A DNA stretch of 64,000 nt, from positions 33,604,001 through 33,668,000 of the forward strand of contig NC_043013.1 of the NCBI RefSeq assembly GCF_006345805.1, in the 5' to 3' direction. Position numbers and translations under genes: made by a program. Within the stretch, counting starts at the first letter, position 1. Every line of letters starts with the position of its first letter. This document shows positions 1-15,724 of this stretch, one piece after another. Under the pieces are notes generated by a model. That model did not search any database, had not been told where the DNA came from, and saw only the letters and a program-made list of their open reading frames with translations. This DNA comes from Octopus sinensis (lineage: Eukaryota).

Positions 1-341
1 AGGAGATGGAATGACAAGACAAAAGGGGAGAGAGAGAGAGCGAGAGAGAGAGAGAGAAAGTGAGAGAGATAAAGAAAGAAAGAGAAAGAATAATTGTGTA
101 AGGAGGAGTAAAGGGAATTGGAAGTGAAAGTGAAAGCAGCCTGATATTGGATGAGTTTGGGCGTTGAATACGTACGTGAGACATCTGTAGTTGACCTGAC
201 AAACAATAGGTCTAATCTAGCAGAATAATTCCCGAAACAACTGTTAAAATGATCAGATGATGTGATAAGTTCATACGCATTCGCCCACAAATAACACTTG
301 CTATCACACGCATATACACCCATACGTACATTCACACATAC

Positions 342-403
<62 letters not shown>

Positions 404-1122
404 ATGTTTGTGTATATGTGTGTGTGAACGCATACAAATACATTTGCAGTTGCACAAACACATACAAATAAACACATTTGCACATGGTACGCCCTTACGT
501 GTAAATATTAAACACTAAAAATATATATGTGCGAACGTTCCACGTTATATCACAATAATACACGTATATTTTACAGAATTATATGAGTGTGTATCTCTGT
601 GTGTATGTGTGCCGTCAATAATAAATATATAATTATTCAGCTGCATATACGCATGTGTGTGCATGCAGATGTATGCGTGACCATCTGCATGTGCATTTAT
701 GTGACTGTGCTTTTGTATGCGTGTTTTGCGACCTCACTTATTTCATGTAACATGCAATTCTATTAATGAGTTAACTGGTTTGATCAAACTTAGCGCCGAC
801 TTGTCAATGGCGGTGAGCATTATAAACCAATGAAGAAAACTAGTTAGCTGCTCAGGTGGAAAACTACAGCAAGCAAAACTTCTAATTGCATGTTACATTG
901 TTATAAATACAAAAGTCAAATTCATATTAGAAAATATCAGAAAATATAATAGGTTACTTACGACAGGAATATTTTGATCATGGTTCTTTTTGATTAGTCC
1001 AACTTAGGGCTAAACAGTTTCAAAAGCAGACACAACAGCTAGCGGCATTTAAGATGAATCATTACAAAGACCTTTGTGGTGTTGTGTGGACTAGTCCATC
1101 CAGATCGGCCTATAATCAACAG

Positions 1123-1790
1123 CAGTGGCGGTTCGTATATAAAACTATTGGGGTTGCTGCTTCAGAAAATCTTCAGCCGTTGTTTTAATATTGTGTAAAA
1201 GGAAACAAACATATACAAAAGAAAATTGATACACAAACTTCATCGTTTCGCGTTTTAGCCGCTGCCGTGTAGTATGTTTAATTTGTTCCCTGAACAATAC
1301 GAATTCCCCCTTGTTTTTCAAATTCTCCACTTAATCAGAAAATCCTGGCAGCAACACTGAAGCTGGAAGCAAGATATTATCTAATTCTACACTTTATCAC
1401 ATTCAAGAAAATAAACACGTTTTTAAGTACAACACAGGTGCAGTCAAAAAGAAACACTACCTTTCACCAGCACACAAGGGTTGACCTTGTCATTCACGCA
1501 GTGCTCTCTCTCTCCCTAGTGTGAAGCTTCCTAACTCGGACATGTGAACATGCGCACAACAGCCAAACACCGCGTCGCTGGAACTATGAAGCTCACAGTT
1601 CTATACAAGGATTTTTGTATTTTTATCATAAACTAGGGTATGACTACTGACATTAAGCTTAAGGATTATATAATGTACAAGTATAAAGAAAGACTTAAAG
1701 AAAAAAGGATTTATTATATTGAGTGATATCGATAATATCGAGTGGAGGGGGTGCTGCAGTTTCGCAGCGCCTATACATGAGCCGCCACTG
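1123..1790. mobile_element. Non-autonomous hAT-like DNA transposon (MITE)
   Basis: TIRs CAGTGGCGGTTCG at 1123 and GAGCCGCCACTG ending at 1790. Exact 8-bp TSD ATCAACAG at 1115-1122 and 1791-1798. No transposase ORF. Confidence 0.85.
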
Positions 1791-1844
1791 ATCAACAGCT
1801 TTCTTAAACCAATGATTCTCAAACGGACTCCATGTGGCCCTTTG

Positions 1845-2004
1845 TTATATTATTTATATTATTTACATTATTTACACTTGACAGATATTTGCCCTCATGT
1901 TTTTTGGTTTTAACACAATCGTTTCGGCTGATATACCCTCTAGCTTTCAGCAGGTGTCTTGGGGAAATTTCGAACCTGGTTCTCATTCCTAAGGTATTTT
2001 TCGA

Positions 2005-2005
<1 letters not shown>
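1845..2005 (-). mobile_element. Solo Penelope pLTR unit with degenerate hammerhead (tRNA head absent)
   Basis: Same sequence as 26795-27139, 53400-53745 and 55773-56016. Minus strand reads gacac-CTGCTGA-A-AGCTA..CAGCC-GAAA-CGATT-gtgtt at 1912-1958. Abuts (ATT)n. Confidence 0.75.
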
Positions 2006-2074
<69 letters not shown>

Positions 2075-2089
2075 GTTATTGTGTTGTTA

Positions 2090-2176
<87 letters not shown>

Positions 2177-2177
2177 T
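2006..2177. repeat. (ATT)n microsatellite
   Basis: Seen directly; source of the poly-I/poly-Y pseudo-ORFs. Confidence 0.95.
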
Positions 2178-2504
2178 GGTGACTATGAGGAAAGTGATTG
2201 CTTGGTAGACGAGTCTGAAACGATCGCGAGGCGGAACCTTTTTCACTTCTCTGCAGCTCTTACCAAATCTTATTGACAATTTCGATTTCTATTTGGACAG
2301 GAAATGGAAAGTGAAGAGAGAAGTGCACTCCTTCAGCGAGACTCACACATGTGGGTGCCTTTGGCGAAACGGATAGCGTAGACGTAACTAATCCCCCGCA
2401 TATATCTATAGATCGGAGAACAACAGTTGAAAGAGGCATGGTAGGAAACGATGGAACAGATATATGAAGACTATATTATCCATTTGTTAAGGTTGTCTCT
2501 CTCT

Positions 2505-2920
2505 CTCTCTTTTACTCTTTTACTTGTTTCAGTCATTTGAATGTGGTCATGCTGGAGTAACGCCTTTACTGCGAGCAAATCGACCCCGGGACTTATTCTT
2601 TGTAAGCCTGGTACTTATTCTATCGGTCTCTTTTGCCGAACCGTTAAGTTACGGGGACGTAAACACACCAGCATCGGTTGTCAAGCGATGTTGGGGGGGA
2701 AAACACAGACACGCAAACATACACACACATACATACATACATATATATATACATATACGACGGGCTTTCTTCAGTTTTCGTCTACCATATCCACTCGCAA
2801 TGCTTTGGTCGACCCGTGGCTATAGTAGAACAAAGTTGCCCAAGTTGCCACGTAGTTGGACTGAACACGGAACCATGTTGTTGGTAAGCAAGCTACTTAC
2901 CACACAGCTGCTGCTACGCC
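2505..2920 (-). mobile_element. tRNA-derived SINE family A
   Basis: Head GGCGTAG..TGTGGTAAG..GGTTCAGTCC, internal (TA)/(TG) tract and tail CAAATGACTGAAACAAGTAAAAGAG shared with about 14 other copies. Ends approximate. Confidence 0.9.
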
Positions 2921-3444
2921 TACAGATTTTCTATAGAAAATTATAACCAGTCATAATTTATATCGGACGTCTCTAATACGAAGCTTCGTAACAAAATCAG
3001 TGCTGGCTATAATTTTCTACTTGAAATCTGTAGAGACATCTTTAACAAATGATGTTATAGCACTTCTAACACAGTAGAACACAGTATTCACTTACAAAAG
3101 CGTTTAATATATTTTGTAGTAGATTATCCTTCCATAACGAACTACGGTGTTTCAGCAGGACATCAATATTTTCCATATATTCTTATATTTTGTATACTGT
3201 GCATACTTTTTTACTGGCTTGTATTTTTTCTTTCGTCACCTGCTTTCATGTAACAAAGCGCATTCTGACTTTGTAATGACCACTTCATCCAACGTCCTAT
3301 TAGCAAATGAATTAATGTTTATTTTTAATTATCATCACCATCGACATCCTTGTCGTAGTCATCGTCGTCGTCGTCGTTACCTTCTCCTCCTCCTCATCCT
3401 CCTCCAACTCACTATCATTTTCGTCATGGCTATTAGCGCCATAA

Positions 3445-3585
3445 TTCTTCTTCTTCTTCTTCTTCTTCTTCTTCTTCTTCTTCTTCTTCTTCTTCTTCTT
3501 CTTCTTCTTCTTCTTCTTCTTCTTCTTCTTCTTCTTCTTCTTCTTCTTCTTCTTCTTCTTCTTCTTCTTCTTCTTCTTCTTCTTC
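3445..3585. repeat. Uninterrupted (TTC)47 / (GAA)47 tract within a compound trinucleotide cluster (about 3330-3990)
   Basis: Counted directly: 141 nt of TTC. Confidence 0.95.
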
Positions 3586-3754
3586 TTTTTCTTCTCCTTC
3601 GTCTTCATCTTCTTCTTCTTCTTCATGATGATGATGATGATCATCATCATCATCATTATCATCACCACCATCATCAGTCCTCGTAATGTCCCCCTCATAT
3701 ATGTCCCTGTGACCAATACAAGAAATTTATTACTATTATTATTATTATTATTAC

Positions 3755-3795
<41 letters not shown>

Positions 3796-4479
3796 TATTA
3801 TATTATTATTATTATTATCATTATTATTATTATTACAAAACTCATTAACCATGGAATCAAATCAAAAGGAAAACATTTTTCAAATTCATTCACCGCCACC
3901 ATTACCACCACCGCCACCGCCGCCACTGCCGCCACAACTATATCAACGACAACAACAGCAACGACACCAACAATAAACAACAAACAACAGACAAAACGCG
4001 AACAGCAAAAATACATAATTAATAAAAACCTGCACCAGTACCAAAACAAAAAAAAAGAGTTAAATAAAAAAAAAACACAAAAATCAAACCAAAAACGAAA
4101 ATGATTGAATACTAAGAAAACTAACTAACGAAATCTTCAAATGCAGCCATTATCAGAGCAAAGTCACCGACAACACCACCACGACCACCACCACTACCCG
4201 CATCAACATAACTGCTTTAAACACAGCAAATACAGCAACAACAACAACAGCCAAGAAATTACAGCAAAATAACTCTACAACAATAAGCTAAATTAATAAA
4301 GGATGGATCAGGAAAAGAAGTGCTTTTAATACAAGCGAGATGAATTGTTCTGTTTCAACTAGAAAAATTCCAAACCCAATTCAGAGATGAGAAAGTAGTA
4401 TTAATAATGATATTGTTTTCCTTTCTTTTATAATATAATATTATTCTGAAATGAACGACGAGAGATAATATATGATAAA

Positions 4480-4548
<69 letters not shown>

Positions 4549-4552
4549 TGTG

Positions 4553-4628
<76 letters not shown>

Positions 4629-5045
4629 GTGTGTGTGTATATATATGTGTGTATATATACTATATATATATTATATATATATATATAGATATACACGCAT
4701 ATATATATATATTATATATATATTATTCATATAATGTATATATATATATGAATATGTATATATATGCGTATAAGTACGTGTGCATACATACACATATGCA
4801 CACATATTATTCAGGAAAATACACACACACACATGCACATATATACATACATAAATGTATGCCTTCATATATGGAGATGCATATGTATAGATACATATTT
4901 ATGCATAATATGTATATATGTATATATGTTAGCATATATGTGTGTATGTATATATATGTATATATATGTGTATATATGTATTATGTATATATATATATAT
5001 GTATATATATATTATGTATATATATGAATAAATATAAACGATATG
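4480..5045. repeat. (TA)n/(TG)n compound microsatellite
   Basis: Seen directly. Similar tracts at 7850-8350, 8840-9060, 13300-13700, 14640-15000, 20320-20990 and elsewhere. Confidence 0.95.
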
Positions 5046-5668
5046 CATAGAGGAATACGGAATACGCATAAATACATATAGCTTTATTTCGCAAAGAATT
5101 ATTTGTCTTTCATCAGAATCTAAAACTCAACTCATTTCTTGTTTTCCTGCCGTAAGGCGAAGAATTGAAAGATGAATCATTAAAGATAACAAATTAAACA
5201 GACACAGGCGTTTACATGTCCTCGTCGTCACACACACATGCACAGGAATACGATACGATGGAAACCCACGCAGATACGTATACATTAGGACGCACCCATC
5301 TAGAAACACCCACACCCACACACACACCACATATATATATATATTCATGTGTATGTAATATACTTACGCACATACACTCGTCCATATATATATATATATG
5401 TTTTTGTTTCTTGTATGTGTGCGGATTCATTTGCAAATGAACAATAATATTTCGAAAAATATACACGTAGATTGTCATGGGCATTCATAAATTCATAAAT
5501 ATTAACCATAGACACATATGGTTAATATTTATGAAAGCCATATACGCATGCGCTTTCTGGCACAGACGTAAGCATAAACACACATACACAAACAGACATT
5601 TATTGAAGTTCATAACCCAAAAGTATGACATATAGTACTAAATATATTTATTAGTCATACATTCTTTC

Positions 5669-5995
<327 letters not shown>

Positions 5996-5999
5996 ATTT

Positions 6000-6196
6000 T
6001 TTATTCTTTTACATGTTTCAATCATTTGGACTGCGCCCATGCTGGAGCACCGCCTTTAGTCGAGCAAATCGACCGCAGGTCTTATTCTTTATAAGCCTAG
6101 TACTTATTCTTTCAGTCACCTTTACCGATCCGCTGGTTAACGGGGACGTAGACACACCAACATCGGCTGTCAAGCGACAGTTGGAGGACAAACACT

Positions 6197-6234
<38 letters not shown>

Positions 6235-6318
6235 TATATACACAAACAGACATATATACACACATACACATTTATATATATACATATTTGTATATGTGTG
6301 GGCGTATACGACGAGCTT
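6000..6318 (-). mobile_element. SINE family A, 3' part
   Basis: Matches the family A tail and internal microsatellite. Confidence 0.8.
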
Positions 6319-6514
6319 CATATATGTATGAACATACCTTTAACAAGGCTACACATGTCCTCTCCTGCTCTCTCCTTTCTTACTCTTTATTATCTCTCTC
6401 TGACTTCCACACTCGCTCCTGTCACTTTCTCTCAATATAAATATATATGCCTGTATATATATATGCTTGAGTGTGTATGTTTGTATATACATATATATAT
6501 ATGCATATTCCTTT

Positions 6515-6725
6515 TTTTACTTTTACTTTTTAATTGTTTCAGTCATGTGACTGCGGCCATGCTGGAGCACCGCCTTTATTCGTGCAAATCGAACCCAGAA
6601 CTTATTCCTTGTAAGCCTAGTACTTATTCCATCGGGTCTCTTTTGCTGAACCGCTAAGTTACGGGGACGTAAACACACCAGCATCGGTTGTCAAGTGATG
6701 TTGGGGGACAAACGCAGACACACAA

Positions 6726-6774
<49 letters not shown>

Positions 6775-6822
6775 CTATATATATATATATATATACATAT
6801 ACACGACGGGCTTCTTTCAGTT
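6515..6822 (-). mobile_element. SINE family A, 3' part
   Basis: Matches the family A tail. Confidence 0.85.
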
Positions 6823-7301
6823 GTGTGTTTACACGTATATATATACACTTATGTAATAGATCATGCATTCTCCAAACAAATGAACAGGTATAATATACGG
6901 AGCATACATGTTCTCATGCGCAGGAAGATGAAGACATAGAGGCCAATGCATTCAATACGCTAACTTCTTAATCTCAGTTCCAAAACATCCCTCACTCGTA
7001 TTGTCAGTCTGTCCGTCGGTCTGCATCACACACACACACACGCACAGACACACATACACACTCATATTATTTCTCTCTCTTTCTCTCTCTCTTTCTCCCT
7101 CATCCATATCTCTCAGACTATATATCGAACTACGCATATTTTGTCTAATATTTATCTATCTATCTATCTATCTCGCTCTCACTCTCTCTCTCTTTCTCTC
7201 TCCCTCTCTCTCTATATATATATACACATATATAGGCAGGCAAAGTGTGAGAGGAAAACATATATACAAGCACATTCATCCCGATATATACACACAGGCA
7301 A

Positions 7302-7343
<42 letters not shown>

Positions 7344-8024
7344 GTAAACGCACATCAGATATAAATGTACACAGATACACACACAAACACATTTATACAC
7401 ACATCATACTTTTTATTACCTATATCCGTATAGGTTCTCAGGTTCTCATAATTATTCATCTATTTGTTTATACGGTTTAAAATATATATTATCTTTCGGT
7501 ATAAAAATCTGTATAATGGAAAAACGAAATTAAAACTCTATTGAATTTTTAATATAGGTCCTTCATGTGATTGTATAAAGTGACAGTTTCATGTGAATAT
7601 TTGATGATGATAAGAACAGCTCAAACAACACTGGGAAATTAAGAAGCAGATTCCATGCACTTTTATAATGCTGCCAATGTGATGATATTAAAAAGTAAAA
7701 AAAATATATATATATATATATAGTAATCGCTAATAATAATAAAAAAGGTACAGTAATAACACAAAGGAAAGGAAGAAAGGATAAAGAAACTGAAAGGAAG
7801 AAAGCAATAATAAAAATATTGGTTTGTATTGTGTGACTGGGATATATTTGCGAGTATATATTATATAATATATATATATTATATAATATATATATGTATA
7901 TATGTATATATATATATATATGATGTATGTATGTATGTATATGTATATATAAATATATATATACATATATATATAATGTATATATATATGGATATATATA
8001 CATATGTTTATATACATACATAAT

Positions 8025-8058
<34 letters not shown>

Positions 8059-8853
8059 AGCATATATATATATACGTATACATACACACATATATACATA
8101 ATTTAATTGAATGACAATATATATATATATATATAATAGCAGTGACGAAATAGGATTTATATAATTATTTATGTGTGTGTGGTTGAGTGGGTATCTACAT
8201 ATAGAGAGGATAAAACTGATATAAATGATGCATATATGTATATGAATGATATATATATATATACGTATATATCTATATATATGTATATATATAAACAAAC
8301 ATATATATATATATATATGTATATATAATATCTACATATATATGAATATATGTGCGTGTGTAGATATGTATGTATACGCATATAGAAGCAACCATGCATA
8401 TATACACGCTCACTTTTTTGTGTTAATATTCAGGCAACGTCTGTATGTTTCAATGATAAGTGTACGTTTATATTTCATTATATTTGACATAAACGTATAT
8501 AGATAAACCTGTTTCATTTTAAATGATTTGAACTAGAGCTCATATACGTAATATACATATTACATCATTTAAATAATATTGATTTTATTTATTCTTTTCA
8601 CATGTTGCATGCAGTTTTTTTTTTCTTTTCATTTCTGTCACATAAATTCTCTCTCACAAACACGTAGACCTACAAATACACAACATAAGACATTCTAAAA
8701 CGGTGAATTGCAGATACATATAGACACCTACATAAGACACACATACATAGATTCTTTCGTACACACAGACAAACACATAAACACACACACACACGCACAC
8801 AAACACACACACATACATAAATACAAATATACGCGCCTATATATGTTTATGTT

Positions 8854-8891
<38 letters not shown>

Positions 8892-9424
8892 ATATATATA
8901 TAATATATATATATATGTATATATATGCATATATATATGTGTATATATTATTATATATATATAATATATATATATAATATATATATATAATATATATTAT
9001 ATTTATATATCATATGCATATATATATACGAGTTTATTTGCATATATATATATATATATATTTATTCTTAAAGTAAAAGAAACAAGTAATTCCCTGTATT
9101 TGCATGTATATCATGGATATAGTTTGCTTTCCATATTTAATTAATTTGAAATTATCTTAAATATGAGTATGTATGTGCATGTGTTTCAGTACGTGTGTAC
9201 GTGTTTCGGTATTTATGTTTACATCATCGATGTGTGTATATATATATGTGGGTTTATGTACCGTTCACCTACCTCAATTCTTGTAGCTATTTATCATCTC
9301 TATGCCTGTGGGTATATAAAAGTATATATGTTTGTACGTATATCTATGTATGTGTGCGTGTGTGTATAATATACATATGCCTCTAATATAATATATATAT
9401 ATATATTATATGTATATGTGTATA

Positions 9425-9494
<70 letters not shown>

Positions 9495-10010
9495 CGTGAG
9501 TGCTTGTGTGCGTGTAAATATGTATATATATATACATACTTATATATATATAAGTATCGATGTATTGTATGTATCCGTTCATATTTCTATGGTGTTTATT
9601 TTTTCTCTCTGCAAACTTCTTTAATCTGCTTTTAAGATTGATTTAAAATATAACGTGTCTTCCACCACAGAAATTTAATCAGTCATACATTTAAGATATT
9701 ATTTCAATCTATATTGCCCCCATACAAATAATAACCGAAAATTATCCAAGTTCAAAGTGAAGAAAATATGTTAATACAACATACCTCTTTAGGAAATATG
9801 ATTGAAGAAGTCGAAAAAAATAAGAATACTTCCCCAAAATATGATTTATGTAGAAAGAATTTCATGAAAAAAATTTAAAGATATCATTATATATCGAAAT
9901 AATTTCAATGAATATTTCCAAAATTAATTTCAGAAAATGTTTAGAGTCGTTTACTAAACTGAATTTTTTTCACTACTAATAATACATGCATACATGCATG
10001 CATGCATACT

Positions 10011-10060
<50 letters not shown>

Positions 10061-10257
10061 AATATATATATAATATATGTGTGTGTGTGTGTGTGGTGTG
10101 GTGTGTATGATCATAAATAGATTCATATCTAAATATCCATAGATATATTTACATATATGTATGTATATGGATCTATATACATATATACATTTGTTATATA
10201 TATGTATATAATGTTATCATATGTAATTAATACTATATATATATTATTATATATATA

Positions 10258-10307
<50 letters not shown>

Positions 10308-10908
10308 TATATATATATATATACTTGCGCTATTATAGCAATATTATATCTATAATATATAATGAGACACAACAACAAGCACGACCTCTCCCATTCGCCC
10401 CAGATCACAAAAATAATTTAAATTTAAAGCAAAATAAGACAAATATGCCTACATGTTTCATCCATTACATCTTTTAGAATCGAGCGAACTTCTTTTTTCT
10501 TTTTAAGCATACAGAAATATATCAGAAATGTTGGCACAAAACTTCCAAGAATCTTTCCTCAGAAACTGAAATACTTATATGATTAAGGATTTTTTCCGCT
10601 AGACACAAATTACACATTGTTCAAGATTTTAGCAGCGCTGCTAGGTTCCAATGGATGTAACTTTAAATAGAAACAATTTCATGATCTTAGCTGTAGGTAC
10701 TCGCATTCACACAGATTTAGAAACCCACAAATTTACACAACTGCACCCTACACAGATCTATACCTAAATACACCTACACACAGTTATGTATGTATAAATG
10801 TATGTATATATACATATATATATATTTATGTATGTGTGTATCTGTCTATCTAACTATCCAGCTATCTATCTATTTCTGTGTGTGGTGTTATACTATATAT
10901 ATATACAC

Positions 10909-10951
<43 letters not shown>

Positions 10952-12274
10952 TATATCTGTGTGGTGTATGTGTGTGTGTGTGTGTGTCTTTGTATATCTT
11001 AGAAATAAAAGGATATGACTTTGAGAACTTAACCACGAAAAAAGGGAAGATATTAAAATTTTTATTTAAATGTACAGCAGGTTTCGATTCTTCTTAAGCA
11101 AAGAGAAATCTATTGAATTAAATAAAAGAAATATTTCTGTTCCGAAAGTCCACATGTTATTTTAACCAACTTGACATGTCAGTTATTGTTGTCTCCCGAG
11201 GATTGCTGCTGGATCACAAGATTCGTAGTAGCATTATAAGCAGTGGCTATAATCCATTTCTCTTATCGATAATGTTGTTATCATGGAATGGTTCGTAAGT
11301 GTAAGAGAAGTCGTATAAGTATGATGGCCGTAATATATTTGCATACACATACTACACACATATATTTCCATACACACGCTACATATATATATACATATAT
11401 GTGTGTGTGTGTGTGTGAGCATGTGTGTGTGTGCATTTGTGCGTGCGTATATATTTGTGAGTGTGAACCTATGCATGTATGTGTCTAATTGTGTGCATCC
11501 ATGTGTCTGTGTCTATTTGTATGCGTTTGTGCCTCTGTGTATGCATGTATGTGTGTATACCCCACCACACACACACAAATATATATATGCATATAGAAAA
11601 AGCGACAGTAAAATGTTTATGTTGGTAAACATATTTCGAAAATCTTTACTTAATATATATGTATGTGTATATGAGTGTGAGCGAATGCATGCGAAGAATA
11701 GCGTCAAAGAAAGTACAGTACGGTATTTCCAATATCTTGAAAATTCCAGTATCTTGAAAATATTTGCGGGTATACAGGATGGGAAGGTTTCCTTATTTGC
11801 ATGGGCTTAGGGCAGGCACTGATGAGTTTCTTTGCCCTTAGAAGACCTACGTGAAGTAGCTTCTGGTTTTTACGTATATGACTTTAGGATCGCTTTGGAA
11901 GGAAATACTTTCTATATAGAAAAATATTTCCCGATTCTGAAATCTCAGTACATAACATCCAAGAATTTTCGAGGGATGCCATATGCGTGGGGAATATAGA
12001 TTTCAGTGTTGGAAAGCATATGTAATGGTGTGAAACAAAATTACCTTCCCTTGTCCTGGAATTATTAACTTTCTATGAGGAAAATACTTACCGTTAATGA
12101 CAAATATGACTTGTGCCAATGAACGCAAAACAGAAAACTCTGTAGCTTGCCTCTATTACTTTGACTCAAATAGCGTATATAGATATTTTTGTTGTCCACA
12201 AGTTTATATGTTACAGTCTAATGATATCTCTAGTAGCAGAGAAACACTTTCCCTAAGATTGTGTAGGTTGTGTA

Positions 12275-12453
12275 GGCGCAGGAGTGGCTGTGTAGTAAGC
12301 GGCTTGCTTACCAACCACATGGTTCCGGGTTCAGTCCCACTGCTTGGCAACTTGGGCAAATGCCATCTACTATAGCCTCGGGCCGGCCAAAGCCTTGTAT
12401 GTGGATTTGGTAGACAGAAACTGAAAGAAGCCTGGCGTATGTATGTATGTATG

Positions 12454-12493
<40 letters not shown>

Positions 12494-12740
12494 TATATAT
12501 ATACGTGTGTATGTGGTGGGGTGTGTGTGTGTAGATGTTTGTGTGTCTGTGTCTGTCCCCCCCAACATCGCTTGACAACCGATGGTAGTATGTTAACGTC
12601 CCCGTAACTTAGCGGTTCGGCAAAAGCGACCGACAGAATAAGTACTAGGCTTACAAAGAACAAGTCCTGGGGTCGATTTGCTTGACTAAAGGCGGTGTTC
12701 CAGCATGGCCGCAGTCAAATGACTGAAACAAGAAAAAGAG
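12275..12740 (+). mobile_element. SINE family A, full length
   Basis: A-box-like TGGCTGTGTAGT, B-box-like GGGTTCAGTCCC, internal microsatellite, family tail. Confidence 0.9.
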
Positions 12741-13164
12741 AGAGAAATATCCTAAACAAAAACACGAATATGCATAACCACCGGTAATTATACAAATACT
12801 TGATACTCGTGTACATATGAACTGTTTATGTATGTCTGAATTTAAAGAATTTATTCACAATGACAAAGGTAACGTATTATAAATACGTTTGTTACATTTT
12901 CTTTGAAATTGATTTGTCTGTAAATTCGTATAACATGACTGCCATCTTAAATAGTCATTAGAAAAACGTTCTCAAGCAACAACAAAAAAATAATAATAAT
13001 AACACTACTAATAAAAATGATAAAAATAACAAAAATGAGAAATTACAAAATGAATATTATTACTGCCGAATAATCAGTAATAGCTGATGAGTCTTAGCAT
13101 GATATGTCATCTTGAGGAGTAGGGGGGAAAAAAAAATCAAAATTAAAGGCAAAAATCAAAAGCA

Positions 13165-13262
13165 ATCTTCTCATTCCTTTGACACTAATTTACTACAACA
13201 CTGCACCGGAAGTGTATCCGATTGATCTGCCCTTGTTCAAAGACAAATTTAATAAGTATATT
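13165..13262 (+). pseudogene. Possible CR1/Jockey LINE ORF2 C-terminal remnant
   Basis: Translates as [25 protein letters not shown], resembling the WNSLP.EVFP..YDL..FK..VN terminus of CR1/Jockey-group LINEs. Recognised by eye only. Confidence 0.4.
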
Positions 13263-13319
13263 TGTATTTCTATATATTTTATATATGTATGTGTAATTTT
13301 CATTTCGTCTTCATGTATA

Positions 13320-13355
<36 letters not shown>

Positions 13356-13386
13356 ATGTATATAATATATATTATGTATGTATATG

Positions 13387-13462
<76 letters not shown>

Positions 13463-14429
13463 TATATACATATATATATATACATATATATATATAAATG
13501 CTTATGTGTGTGTGTGTGTGTATCATATATATATACAAATATACAGACGGAGCAAGAACAGAGAATCTTCCATATATATATACATGCATACATACATACA
13601 TATATATATAAATGCGCACAATACACACCCATATGTATATGTATATATACAAACACATACCTACGCATTTGTGTCTATGTAAATGAATACATATAAGTAT
13701 GTATGTATGTCTCTATAAAAGAGGGAGAGGAACAAAGTCAAGCAGAATACAGAGTGCCAGGAAAACAGTTAGCTGGAGACAGATAATTAGATAGATATTG
13801 ATATAGAATATATATTGTCACTATGTATCTGTATATAAGCAGATATGTATATCAGCTACACAGATACCCTGTACGTAAATAGGTGCTTACATTAATACCA
13901 ACATATATACGTATATTAATATCAATGCATAATTCTATATATGTCTGTATTTTTGTGCCAATGTACTCTTCTATGTATTTATCAATGTTTGTATGTATAT
14001 ATGTACGTATGTATGGATGGATGTATGTATTATACATAAATGACGGTAGGCATTTATATATTTAATGGGAGATAATTTACCAATGTTATTTCTTTCAAGA
14101 TTTGAAAAATCAACCTTCTTCGAAGCCGTTAGCTATTAAAATATCTAATTTTCCCTTCTGTCATATATTTATTTACATTATTTATCTATTTTATTCCATC
14201 TAGCTTTTCTCTGGTTGAATATTGATTTTGTTTATTATTTTTATGAAGACTATTTCGGTGAAGCTAATTCTAATATATATTTTCTCTATTTCCCTTTGCA
14301 CGAAATTTATTTTGGCATCATATTTTAAAGCTGTTTCATATATTTCTGGCCTGATAACATGCTGTATGCTTATGTATATACACGAAAAAGAAAAAAAAAC
14401 CCAAAAGACAGATATTAAAACATGTTTGT

Positions 14430-14472
<43 letters not shown>

Positions 14473-14546
14473 ATATATATATATAGATGTCTCGCCCCTC
14501 TCTCACTCTTTCTGCCTGTCTCTCCCTCTTCTTCTTTCTCTCTCTC

Positions 14547-14583
<37 letters not shown>

Positions 14584-14706
14584 TATGTAATATATATATA
14601 AATATATAAATATTTATATTATATATATCATATATATATTGTTATTATTGTATAGATTTTATTCTACGTAGTTGGCATACATATATATATATAGATAGAT
14701 AGATGC

Positions 14707-14768
<62 letters not shown>

Positions 14769-14891
14769 ATATATACAGACATAATATTATATACCTATAT
14801 ATATACATATATTACAGATAGAGCAAGACAGAGAATCGTGCATACATATGTATATACATACATACATATATATATATATTATATATATATA

Positions 14892-14932
<41 letters not shown>

Positions 14933-15358
14933 ATTCTATTCGTTAAATACACACGCACACACACACACACACACATATACATATATATATATATATATTG
15001 GGTGTACATTTAGATATACGAATGCAACTAAGTAAAGAACAAATGGTTTTATCTTATCCTACATATACATACGTCTCTCTCTACCTGCTCTCTCTCTTTC
15101 TCTCTCTCTCTCTCTCTTTCATTTTCTCTCCTTCTTTCTCTCTCTCTGTCTCTCTGCCTCTGTACATACATACATGCATACATGCAACGGAATTTCCACA
15201 CTTTTCGCCCTGGCCACATCTCAGTTCACCTTCCGCGGTTCAACTATCACATTTTTTTTTATTTAAGAATACCTCGATTCCTCTGTGGTTGTTGTTTTGC
15301 ATTTATGAGAAAATAAAAATATTCAAATTGTGAAAATAATAACCAAAAATATTCAGTA

Positions 15359-15439
15359 CAGTATTCTTTCTGCTTCGCGGATTTTGACCTATTGCGAGTG
15401 GTGGTGAACGTAATACACGCGATATTCGAGGAATTACGG
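15359..15439. mobile_element. Tigger/pogo-like MITE
   Basis: Imperfect TIRs (CAGTATTC..TCGCGG and CGCGATATTCGAGGAATTACGG) flanked by TA on both sides. Confidence 0.5.
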
Positions 15440-15533
15440 TAATTAAAAAAATATATGAAATATACACGATAATATGAATAAGTTAGAGAGCACAGAATTG
15501 GTAATTGACAGAATGCACACATTCATATACATA

Positions 15534-15611
<78 letters not shown>

Positions 15612-15724
15612 CGAAATTCGGGGTGAGTACTTGATAATTATAAGCACCTGTGTATACCGTTTGGTGGTGTAGGTGGTGGAGTAAATTAATCAAAATAAAA
15701 TAAAAACATGATGCGAAGGATTCA

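Noticed and set aside
2524-2946. Recurrent ORFs such as SRANRPQDLFF..SVSFAEPLSY and MWLVSKLLTTQ, which look like a paralogous gene family
   Set aside because: They are reading frames through copies of SINE family A, with frames and stops differing between copies.
12092-12220. Possible 42-codon minus-strand exon ending ACG|GTAAGT
   Set aside because: Weak acceptor and unrecognised peptide; not distinguishable from chance.
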